Below, piece after piece: positions 27,569 to 35,546 of a DNA stretch of 64,000 nucleotides. The notes under the pieces were generated by a model. That model did no database searches. It was given only the letters and a program-made list of their open reading frames with translations, and had not been told where the DNA came from. Location of the stretch: contig JBBTWP010000004.1 of assembly GCA_038062675.1 (NCBI GenBank), forward strand, positions 6,751-70,750. The letters are read 5' to 3'. The translations under genes and the position numbers were made by a program. The stretch comes from Patescibacteria group bacterium. GTDB lineage: Bacteria; Patescibacteriota; Minisyncoccia; Phycocordibacterales; UBA1550. The stretch's first letter is position 1; every line of letters starts with the position of its first letter.

Positions 27569-27721
27569 GTGCAATTTGTTACCAATTCATTATACCAAGT
27601 TTTTAAAGAGCATGCTATACTTTTTGAGAAGAAAGCGTTATTGATAATTTTAAAATAAAATTTTTATGATAAGTTCACGATTGTTTTCTGAAACCTTAGT
27701 CTTATTATACTAATCGACACT

Positions 27722-30205
27722 ATGTCACTTCGAACAAAAATAATTAGCTTGCTCGGGATAATTACGGTTCTTTTATTGGGTCTTGTTGTTTATTATTTTC
27801 AGTATCCGTTGAAAGAAAGTTTTAGGCGAGAAGTCGAGAGCAATCTAAATGATTTAGCGGAAGTCAATTTACGTACTTACCGTGCGTTTTCCGAAGGACT
27901 CAAGATCCGCACAGTGGACTGGAGCGCAGGCGACCAAGTGGTACGATTTGCAGAAAAAATTTTAGATAAAAATACTCCACTTGCAAAGAGAAATCTTGCA
28001 GCAAGTGAATTTGCTGCGTACATTCGTGAATACAAAATGCCCTATGACCCCGATGCTATTATTGTCGAGATACTTGACTCAGAGGGGGTGGTCGTTGCCT
28101 CAACACGCGAAGATAGAATAGGTACAGACGAACGCCAAGAAGAAATCGAAAACAACGTGCACCATTTTGCAAAAACGCTGCACGCGGGCATTGGAGAGGC
28201 GTTCATGCGAGGCTCTGTACTCGAAGCGGACGAGACGGATCGGCCTATGTCGCACATAACAACTCGCTTGTTTTCAAAAAGAAAAGACGCGCAAGGGAAT
28301 TTTATCCCCCTCCCGGGAGTTTTTCTTGTTCATTTTGTTTCCGCTGCTTCCTTGTTGGAATTTCAGCAAAAAAAATCTGACAAAAATCTCGCTACGGACT
28401 CTCTAAATAAATCTGTGACAGGACTTCAAGGTCTTGATGTGTATTTAGTGAATGGTGATCGTTTGATTGCAAGCGCACCAAACTCGGGAAGTGCGGAGAT
28501 GGTCGGAAAACCAATTGCCACAAAACCAGTGAGCGAGTGTTTTGATCGCGGAACCGATACGTTTGGGGAATATGTAAATTATAGAGGGGTAACAGTCTTG
28601 GGTGCTTCACGTTGCCTTGTAGAGGAAGGAGTCTTGATTTTAAATGAGATGGAAGTCAAAAAAGCTTATACTTTTTTGACTGACTTGGTTCGAAAAACAA
28701 TTTTTGCCGGAGTAGCATTAGCAGCAGGATTCGTTTTTTTTGTGATTCTCGTCACTCGACGACCATTGAAAAACCTTAAACTCATGGTTGATGTTGCCGA
28801 AGCTGTGTCTAAAGGAGACCTTACTAAACGAGCTCTCGCTATTGGACGTGATGAAATCGGCTACCTTGCCCGTGTTTTTAATGCAATGCTCGAAACAATA
28901 TCAGCGTCTCAAGGCAAGTTAATGGAATCAGAGAAAAAACTTGAGCAGGAAGCAGAAAAACTCTTGAAAGATTTGAGTGAACATAAAGAGCAGTCAAAAT
29001 TTGTCGAACAATCAAAGCGTGCCACACAAAATCTTCTGGAAGACGCGTGGGAAATTAAAGAAAAGCTTGAAGTTGAACGTAATCGATTACAGACGATTCT
29101 CGCTTCTATTGGTGACGCCTTGGTGCTTATTGATATTCAGTACAGTATTGTATTGGTCAATCCAAAAGCAGTTGAAATTTTTGCAACACCTGCCACGGAT
29201 CTCCTTGGAAAAGACTTGCGTGTAGTAATGAAACTGATAAAGAAGAAGAAAGGAGAATTGTCGCCCGCAGAGTGGCCTATTGAAGAAATGTTTCTTGCAA
29301 AACACGTGATAGTTGCTGACCTTGAAGATGAACTCTCTTTGATGACCGAAAAGCGCACAGGACCTCTCCCGATAGCGCTCTCTGCGGCGCCTCTTGTGGG
29401 AGAAGGCGGGGAAACTACGGGTGGGGTGATTGTTATTCGTGACGTAACGGAGGATCGAGAGCTCGATGAGGCGAAGTCAGGCTTTATTTCTGTTGCTTCG
29501 CACCAACTCCGTACGCCTCTTACAACGATTCGTTGGTATTCGGAAATGCTTTTGGGGGACGATGTGGGAAACATGACTAAAGAGCAACGAGAATTTCTCG
29601 AAGAGATTCATGGCGGGGCGGAGCGGTTGTATCAAACTATTGACTTGCTTTTGGGTATTTCCCGTGTCGAGAGCGGGAAGCTAAAAGCTGAAAAAAAGCC
29701 TATTGATCTTACTTTATTTACAGCTGATTTAGGAAAAGAACTTGCTCCACAGATGATCGAAAAGAAGTTGGTATTTTCAATGGTGCCTCCCCTTGGTGAA
29801 CCAGTGATTGTTTCGCTTGACCCTCTAACGCTTCGCCAAGTGGTGCTGAACTTGGTTTCTAATGCAATTCGTTACACCAATGAAAATGGTACGATTGAAG
29901 CGAAGTGGGCAGTTGATGATAAGCATACCGAAGTAACGTATTTAGTAAAAGACAATGGTATCGGCATTCCTTTGGCTCAGCGTGGACGCATTTTCTCGAA
30001 ATTTTTCCGAGCAGAGAATGCGCTTTCCAAGGTTCCTGATGGGTCAGGGCTTGGACTTGCCTTGGTTAAGGAACTTGTTCTCGCATGGGGTGGAAAAGTT
30101 TGGTTTGAGGTTGAGGAAGGAAAGGGAACTACATTTTTCTTTACGATTCCCCTCGTGTCCTCCGTGGAGCCACTTGCAGAAGATGCTCAACGTGCTAAGA
30201 TATAA
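27722..30205 (+). CDS. Sensor histidine kinase (2 TM, large extracytoplasmic domain, HAMP, coiled coil, PAS, HisKA, HATPase_c)
   Basis: H-box SVASHQLRTPLT, N-box NLVSNAIRYT, G1 DNGIGIP, G2 GSGLGLALV. HAMP lies after the second TM helix, and a PAS-like region is around LQTILASIGDALVLID. Confidence 0.9.
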   Translation: MSLRTKIISLLGIITVLLLGLVVYYFQYPLKESFRREVESNLNDLAEVNLRTYRAFSEGLKIRTVDWSAGDQVVRFAEKILDKNTPLAKRNLAASEFAAYIREYKMPYDPDAIIVEILDSEGVVVASTREDRIGTDERQEEIENNVHHFAKTLHAGIGEAFMRGSVLEADETDRPMSHITTRLFSKRKDAQGNFIPLPGVFLVHFVSAASLLEFQQKKSDKNLATDSLNKSVTGLQGLDVYLVNGDRLIASAPNSGSAEMVGKPIATKPVSECFDRGTDTFGEYVNYRGVTVLGASRCLVEEGVLILNEMEVKKAYTFLTDLVRKTIFAGVALAAGFVFFVILVTRRPLKNLKLMVDVAEAVSKGDLTKRALAIGRDEIGYLARVFNAMLETISASQGKLMESEKKLEQEAEKLLKDLSEHKEQSKFVEQSKRATQNLLEDAWEIKEKLEVERNRLQTILASIGDALVLIDIQYSIVLVNPKAVEIFATPATDLLGKDLRVVMKLIKKKKGELSPAEWPIEEMFLAKHVIVADLEDELSLMTEKRTGPLPIALSAAPLVGEGGETTGGVIVIRDVTEDRELDEAKSGFISVASHQLRTPLTTIRWYSEMLLGDDVGNMTKEQREFLEEIHGGAERLYQTIDLLLGISRVESGKLKAEKKPIDLTLFTADLGKELAPQMIEKKLVFSMVPPLGEPVIVSLDPLTLRQVVLNLVSNAIRYTNENGTIEAKWAVDDKHTEVTYLVKDNGIGIPLAQRGRIFSKFFRAENALSKVPDGSGLGLALVKELVLAWGGKVWFEVEEGKGTTFFFTIPLVSSVEPLAEDAQRAKI

Positions 30206-30222
30206 GAATAATATTTGTAAAA

Positions 30223-30606
30223 ATGGAAGCACAAAAACAAAAAACTATTCTTTTGGTGGAAGACGACAAAGCGCTTAATCGTGCGGTGATGTTTAAGCTT
30301 GAGCAAAAGGGACACAAAGTCATCTCAACCATGCGTGCCGAGGATGCGCTGGATATTCTCAAAAAAGAATCCGAACATATTGATATTATTTGGCTGGATA
30401 TTCTTTTGCCCGGCATGAACGGCATTGAATTTTTGGAAGAAATTCGCAAGCGCGAAGAAGGGAAAGATAAAAAAGTAGTTGTTTGCTCGGTTTCTGGGCG
30501 TGCGGACTCAAAAGGGGTTGCGTATGAGCTCGGCGTGGTTGATTATTTAGTGAAAAGCGATTATGATTTGAATACTCTTGTCGAGAAGGTTGTGAGTTAT
30601 GCGTAG
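30223..30606 (+). CDS. Single-domain response regulator (CheY-like receiver)
   Basis: LLVEDD acidic pocket, phospho-acceptor D in IWLDILLPGMNG, conserved S/T and K. No output domain. Confidence 0.88.
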   Translation: MEAQKQKTILLVEDDKALNRAVMFKLEQKGHKVISTMRAEDALDILKKESEHIDIIWLDILLPGMNGIEFLEEIRKREEGKDKKVVVCSVSGRADSKGVAYELGVVDYLVKSDYDLNTLVEKVVSYA

Positions 30607-30625
30607 GTTTTTAGACTCTTAAATT

Positions 30626-31006
30626 ATGGATACTAACAAGAAAAAAATAGTAATTGTGGAGGACGATGATCATATTTCAAAAGTATATGAGATAAAGTTC
30701 GCCAAAGAAAATGTAACCACTGTTGTTGCGCGTGACGGTGAGGAGGGTGTGGCGAAAATCAAATCAGAAAAACCGGACATGATTTTACTTGACCTCATGG
30801 TTCCCAAGAAAGATGGATTCGCGGTGCTTGAAGAAATAAAGAAAATTCCAGAGCTCGCCAAGATTCCTGTTATGGTTCTCTCAAACCTTGGTCAAAAGGC
30901 TGACCAAGAACGTGCCATGGCACTTGGTGCAAATGAATATTTGGTCAAGGTTGATTACCCCATTCAGGAAGTAATCAACAAGGTCAAGGGGTACTTGGGG
31001 TTGTAG
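30626..31006 (+). CDS. Single-domain response regulator (CheY-like receiver)
   Basis: VIVEDDD, phospho-acceptor D in ILLDLMVPKKDG, then LSNLG ... K. No output domain. Confidence 0.88.
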   Translation: MDTNKKKIVIVEDDDHISKVYEIKFAKENVTTVVARDGEEGVAKIKSEKPDMILLDLMVPKKDGFAVLEEIKKIPELAKIPVMVLSNLGQKADQERAMALGANEYLVKVDYPIQEVINKVKGYLGL

Positions 31007-31015
31007 GGGTAAGTT

Positions 31016-31140
31016 ACGGAACCGCTTACGCAGTGTGCTGTTGTAAGGGTACGGATTTTTTGAAGCTTAAAAAATCCTGAAATTCTTACGCCGTCGCGTT
31101 CGAAACCCCCTTAAAACAGCACACTGCGACGGGTTTCGTA
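31016..31140 (+). repeat. Structured intergenic element E2 (core 31029-31128)
   Basis: Outer stem CGCAGTGTGCTGTTGTAAGGG / CCCTTAAAACAGCACACTGCG (1 mismatch). Core GGGTACGGATTTTTTgaagcttAAAAAATCCTGAAATTCTTACGCCGTCGCGTTC. Begins 10-23 nt after the response-regulator stop. Confidence 0.8.
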
Positions 31141-31211
31141 ATCTGGCATTTCAAAATGGAAGGACCGAGTGATAGTTATCCACAGGGAACTTTTCTTTTT
31201 CAAGTCCCCTT

Positions 31212-31220
31212 TGCTATAAT
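31212..31220 (+). promoter_or_regulatory. Extended -10 element (TGcTATAAT) upstream of the first pilin gene
   Basis: TGCTATAAT at 31212-31220, 30 nt upstream of the ATG at 31250. No clear -35. Confidence 0.4.
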
Positions 31221-31249
31221 AAAAGAGCATTATTAAAAATTTATAAATT

Positions 31250-31942
31250 ATGATTTCATCAATAAACATGGCAGAGAAGCGCAAAGACGGTTTTACTCTT
31301 CTCGAACTTTTAATCGTTATTTCGATTATCGCGATTTTGTCAGTAGCACTTGTGCTGGTCTTGGATCCCGCAGAAACTTTAAAGAAGTCACGTGACTCAC
31401 AGCGTCTTTCGGATTTAAGTACCATGAAAACAGCAATCGCGCTCTATCTCACGAGTACGACAACTCCGTATTTGGGAGCTGCAACAGCAGGGGCTTTGAA
31501 TAATACTAATTGCAAAGCAACGCCATCTGCCGCAACCGCTAAGGTTATGTACTCGCTCGTTTCAACCAGTGCTATTACCGATACAACACTTGACGCAGCT
31601 TCGGCCTCGGCAGCCGTTCAAGTTGCAACACCATCGTTAACAAATGGTGCAGGATGGATTCCTGTTATGTTTGACAATTTAACTGGTGGATCTCCAATCT
31701 CCAACATGCCTCTCGATCCCGTTAACACCGTGACCGCACTTGGGGCTGTCGCAAGCACTGATCTTGTATACCGATATGCATGTTCAGTAACTCCGTTGGC
31801 ATTTGAGCTTGGAGCACAACTTGAAAGTATTGCGTATACGTCAACTGATAATAAGAAGTCAACTGATGGTGGCAATAATGACAACTACTACGAAGTTGGT
31901 ACAAATCTGAGAATTCTTGATGGCGCAACGAACCAATACTAA
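31250..31942 (+). CDS. Type IV pilin (prepilin with class III signal; major-pilin candidate 1)
   Basis: MISSINMAEKRKDG|FTLLELLIVISIIAIL: G-1, F+1, E+5 and a hydrophobic alpha1-N helix. Ala/Thr/Ser-rich globular part with two Cys. Confidence 0.85.
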   Translation: MISSINMAEKRKDGFTLLELLIVISIIAILSVALVLVLDPAETLKKSRDSQRLSDLSTMKTAIALYLTSTTTPYLGAATAGALNNTNCKATPSAATAKVMYSLVSTSAITDTTLDAASASAAVQVATPSLTNGAGWIPVMFDNLTGGSPISNMPLDPVNTVTALGAVASTDLVYRYACSVTPLAFELGAQLESIAYTSTDNKKSTDGGNNDNYYEVGTNLRILDGATNQY

Positions 31943-31967
31943 ATCCTTATTAATTAATTCACTATTT

Positions 31968-32717
31968 ATGATTTCACTTATCACCGCAAATGAAGAAAAG
32001 CGCAAGAATGGATTTACCCTCCTTGAGCTCTTGATTGTTATTTCAATCATCGCCATTTTATCCATCGCCCTTGTGTTCTTGCTCAACCCTGCGGAAACAC
32101 TTAAGAAAGCTCGTGATGCACAGCGCATCTCAGACTTGAAGACTATTAAGACTGCCCTCGGCGTTATGCTTACAGCAAGCTCAACGCCAAGTTTGGATAG
32201 TTTCACCGCACAAGCAACAGCAGTATGTCTCACTGCAACAACAGCAGCAGGAGCGACTACATTGTCTACGGCTCCGAAAATTAGATATAGTGCCAATACT
32301 GCGCCTACTCTGACTTCTGCCACCCCTGGAGCTGATGCTGCAAGTACTGCAACAGCTTTTATTTCCGCTGCTTCTGGCTCAACGGCAGGAAAAGTTGATG
32401 CTACGGGCTGGATCCCAGTAAATTTGAAAGCGTTGACAGGAGGTACACCAATTTCAGCTTTTCCTATCGACCCTGTTAATACTGTCAGTTCTACTGCTAC
32501 TGTCACAGATCTTGTTTATCGCTACGCATGTCAAAACGGAACGACAGCGTCAGTTGGTTCAGGGAAGCCAGCATATATTTTTGAGATTGATGCTGTACTT
32601 GAAAGTAACGCGTATACTCAGGATGATAACAAGATGTCAAAAGATGGCGGAGACAATGACTCTTACTATGAGTCAGGGAATAGTTTGAATCTCTTGCCTG
32701 CTGCAGGTGCATTCTAG
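31968..32717 (+). CDS. Type IV pilin (major-pilin candidate 2, tandem paralog)
   Basis: MISLITANEEKRKNG|FTLLELLIVISIIAIL. Start at 31968 mirrors the first pilin (both begin ATGATTTCA). Shares the C-terminal DPVNT ... DLVYRYAC motif with its neighbour. Confidence 0.85.
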   Translation: MISLITANEEKRKNGFTLLELLIVISIIAILSIALVFLLNPAETLKKARDAQRISDLKTIKTALGVMLTASSTPSLDSFTAQATAVCLTATTAAGATTLSTAPKIRYSANTAPTLTSATPGADAASTATAFISAASGSTAGKVDATGWIPVNLKALTGGTPISAFPIDPVNTVSSTATVTDLVYRYACQNGTTASVGSGKPAYIFEIDAVLESNAYTQDDNKMSKDGGDNDSYYESGNSLNLLPAAGAF

Positions 32718-32747
32718 TTTGATTCATTAAATTTTGATTTTACAAAA

Positions 32748-32780
32748 ACACCCCCGCGGAAACGCGAGGGTGTTTTTGTG
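32748..32780 (+). terminator. Intrinsic terminator after the pilin pair
   Basis: ACACCCcCGCG gaaa CGCGaGGGTGT followed by TTTTTGTGTTTT. Confidence 0.7.
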
Positions 32781-32817
32781 TTTTGGTGCTAAAAATTTTA
32801 TGTGATAGAATATTTCC

Positions 32818-33513
32818 ATGATGGATATAATAGAGAATATGTATTTACGGGTTTTGTTTCAGTTTACACATCCAGAGCCGCAGGTGATTGTGGGCATAAT
32901 TTGGCTTTTGATTGTAGTTGTCGCACTTTTTCGTTACATAGAATTTTCGTTTTTTACACGGGTTTCGTGGAAATGGCTTGTGGTTGTGGCTGTTGTTCTC
33001 CGTATTGGTTACGGTGCAACTCTAACATGGCTGCAATATGCACAATGGGAGAGTAGTTCATTTACTCAAACTTTTTTGACTCAACCGCTTTCAAAAGAAG
33101 CGCCACTTCCACTTCTTCTTGAATGGGTGCGTCCCTCTCTGGAGCAACCATTGGGATATTTTATTTTTTATGTATTCGGACGCTTTTGGATTAACATCAT
33201 AATCATTTTAGGGCTAGCAGGATTTTTTGCAGCACTCCTCAAGCTTCGTGCGTATTATCGTCCTTGGAACTTTAAAGAAGGAGAGATCTTGGCAATTACA
33301 CTTTCTCTCCTTGTGTCGGGGTGGCCGGGGGTTATCGTCCTCCTGCCCCTTGCGTTTATTTTTGCAATTATTTTCTCAGTCATCTCTTCTACTTTTTACG
33401 GAGTTTCGCGAATTTATCTAACCCCTGCGTTTTTGGTTGCCGCTCCTGTTGCGCTCCTGTACGGGGCAGCGATCCTTAAGTTCGTTGGTTTGTACGCTCT
33501 ACTCAAAATCTAA
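32818..33513 (+). CDS. Polytopic integral membrane protein (about 6-7 TM segments), function unknown
   Basis: Continuous hydrophobic segments. Located between the pilin genes and pilB, where a prepilin peptidase might be expected, but no GxGD-type motif is visible. Confidence 0.5.
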   Translation: MMDIIENMYLRVLFQFTHPEPQVIVGIIWLLIVVVALFRYIEFSFFTRVSWKWLVVVAVVLRIGYGATLTWLQYAQWESSSFTQTFLTQPLSKEAPLPLLLEWVRPSLEQPLGYFIFYVFGRFWINIIIILGLAGFFAALLKLRAYYRPWNFKEGEILAITLSLLVSGWPGVIVLLPLAFIFAIIFSVISSTFYGVSRIYLTPAFLVAAPVALLYGAAILKFVGLYALLKI

Positions 33514-33623
33514 TTCCCTAGGACCGTCCTCGGGAAATGTTCTCGGAAAGTTAAAAGAGTGGAATAGAGTTATACACATTTTTAAAGTCGTTATCGGATT
33601 TTGGTATGATATACTTATAACTA

Positions 33624-35333
33624 ATGCATATTGGACAAGAAAAGCTAAAAGAAATATTGCTTGAATCCGGACTCGTGAGCGATGAGGATTTTGAATATGC
33701 TACTGCAGAGGCTCGGCGCAGCGGACAGTCGCTTTCTAATGTCTTGGTTGGAGAAGGCAAAATTTCTGAAGATTATTTTACCGAACTCCTTGCTCCCTAT
33801 TATGGTGTTCAGGTTGTGAATCTCAAAAAAGAAACTATAGACCATGAGATTTTGGAGCTTATTCCTGAAATATACGCGAAGTCAAAGAATATTGTATTGT
33901 TTTTTTATGATAAAGAGAAAGGTATTGCAAAACTTGCCATGCTCGACCCCTTTGACTACGATACTATTGAGTATGTGCGGGCGAAGCTTGATGCGTGGGT
34001 CGAACCTTATCTCTCGACAGTCGCAAGTGTTCGTTATGGGCTCAAGCAATACAGCACAAAAATCGGTGTTGGCTTTGAACAAATCATTTCTGAAAATGTT
34101 GAACAGTCGCTTTCTGTTGCTGAAGAAAAAGATCTTTCAAAAACAGCTGCGTCGGTGCCTATTGTTACCATCCTTGATAATGTTATCGAGCATGCAGTTA
34201 CTTTAAATGCATCCGATATTCATTTTGAGCCCCTTGAGCATGAACTTTTGGTGCGTTTTCGTGTCGATGGCATCATGCAGGAGGTGGTGAGTCTCCCGAA
34301 AGCAATTGCTCCTGTTTTGGTCGCGCGCGTAAAAATCCTCGGAAGTCTTCAGATTGACGAACACCGCACCCCTCAGGATGGACGTTTTCGTTTTGATATG
34401 GACGATGGATCAAATATTGATTTACGCGTAAATATCATGCCGATTTTCCACGGGGAGAAAGTGGAAATGCGTCTCTTGAAGAGCTCTGCGCGACCACTGA
34501 CGCTCAAAGACCTTGGTTTTTCGGATGCAAATACCGCAGTCCTTGTAAATGAAGTCAAAAAACCCCACGGTATGATTTTAGTGACGGGGCCAACAGGACA
34601 TGGAAAAACTACAACACTGTATGCGGTGTTGCATATTCTCAATAAACCATCCGTGAACATTACAACCATTGAGGATCCTATTGAGTATGAGTTTCCGCGC
34701 GTAAATCAAACACAAGTAAACCAGAAAGCGGGGATTACGTTTGCAAATGGACTTCGCGCGCTTTTGCGTCAAAATCCCGACATCATTATGGTGGGTGAAA
34801 TCCGTGATAATGAGACGGTTGAAATTGCAATTCATGCCGCGCTTACGGGGCACCTTGTGCTGTCATCACTTCACACCAATGATGCCCCCTCTGCTATCCC
34901 ACGCCTTTTGGATATGGGTGCGCCGGCGTTCCTGTTGTCTTCAACTATCAACATGGTTATCGCTCAGCGTCTTGTGCGACGTATTTGTGCGTCGTGTACC
35001 GAGTCATATCCTGTAAGCCCAGAAATGGCGCGCCTTCTCAAGGCGCAAATCGAGCTGGCGGGGACCACAAATAGTAATGTTCCGGCGAGCTTGTTTCGTG
35101 GTAAGGGGTGCAAGGTATGCGGGAATTCCGGATATCAGGGGCAGATTGGTATTTTCGAGCTTTTGCGGGTTACTGAATCAATTCGTGCATTGATTTTGGA
35201 CGAAGCATCCATTCCGGAAGTGCGAAAGAAAGCAATTGAAGAGGGGATGATCACGATGTTTGAAGACGGGCTCGACAAGGTTGAGCGGGGAGTTACGACT
35301 GTGGAGGAGGTGCTCAGGGTAGTAAAAGAATAG
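33624..35333 (+). CDS. pilB: Type IV pilus assembly (extension) ATPase, PilB/GspE family
   Basis: N-terminal MshEN-like domain, Walker A GPTGHGKTTT, Asp box, Walker B DIIMVGEIRD, His box, tetracysteine motif (CASC ... CKVCGNSG). Confidence 0.92.
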   Translation: MHIGQEKLKEILLESGLVSDEDFEYATAEARRSGQSLSNVLVGEGKISEDYFTELLAPYYGVQVVNLKKETIDHEILELIPEIYAKSKNIVLFFYDKEKGIAKLAMLDPFDYDTIEYVRAKLDAWVEPYLSTVASVRYGLKQYSTKIGVGFEQIISENVEQSLSVAEEKDLSKTAASVPIVTILDNVIEHAVTLNASDIHFEPLEHELLVRFRVDGIMQEVVSLPKAIAPVLVARVKILGSLQIDEHRTPQDGRFRFDMDDGSNIDLRVNIMPIFHGEKVEMRLLKSSARPLTLKDLGFSDANTAVLVNEVKKPHGMILVTGPTGHGKTTTLYAVLHILNKPSVNITTIEDPIEYEFPRVNQTQVNQKAGITFANGLRALLRQNPDIIMVGEIRDNETVEIAIHAALTGHLVLSSLHTNDAPSAIPRLLDMGAPAFLLSSTINMVIAQRLVRRICASCTESYPVSPEMARLLKAQIELAGTTNSNVPASLFRGKGCKVCGNSGYQGQIGIFELLRVTESIRALILDEASIPEVRKKAIEEGMITMFEDGLDKVERGVTTVEEVLRVVKE

Positions 35334-35340
35334 GACGCTC

Positions 35341-35435
35341 GCTAAGTTCTTTTTAGGGTACGACTTTTTTGAAGCTTAAAAAAGTCTGAAGTTCTCGCGC
35401 CGTCGCGCTCAAAACCCCCTAAAAAGCAACTTAGC
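35341..35435 (+). repeat. Structured intergenic element E3
   Basis: Outer stem GCTAAGTTCTTTTTAGGG / CCCTAAAAAGCAACTTAGC (1 bulge). Core GGGTACGACTTTTTTgaagcttAAAAAAGTCTGAAGTTCTCGCGCCGTCGCGCTC. Begins 8 nt after the pilB stop. Confidence 0.8.
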
Positions 35436-35546
35436 TCGCTTTAAGGTTAAATGCCGTGTAGGGCACCAAGAAAAAGAAGAGCTCGCTTTACAGTGTCAAT
35501 CTGATGTATAATAAATGTAGTATTCAAATATTGAATTCGCAAATTT

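Noticed and set aside
31091-31112. GCGTTCGAAACCCCC in E2 looks like a tRNA T-arm (GTTCGAAnC). Considered a tRNA or tRNA-like gene. More generally, I scanned the intergenic regions for tRNAs, rRNA, tmRNA, RNase P and SRP RNA.
   Set aside because: There is no acceptor/anticodon cloverleaf around it, and the motif is not conserved in E1/E3. I found no GGTTCGAATCC-type T-loops with matching acceptor stems anywhere. A by-eye scan is not exhaustive, so tRNAscan-SE/Infernal should be run.
31144-31159. TGGCATTTCAAAATGG upstream of the pilin genes as a sigma54 (-24/-12) promoter, as expected for PilR-type control.
   Set aside because: The -12 element (TTGCW) is absent at the correct spacing, and no sigma54 activator is encoded nearby. 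The extended -10 TGcTATAAT at 31212-31220 is a better candidate.
32818-33513. The polytopic membrane protein between the pilins and pilB as the prepilin peptidase (PilD, A24 family).
   Set aside because: Position and size are suggestive, but I cannot find the two catalytic Asp motifs (no GxGD-type box; the closest string is KEGEIL). It is left as an unknown membrane protein pending a profile search.
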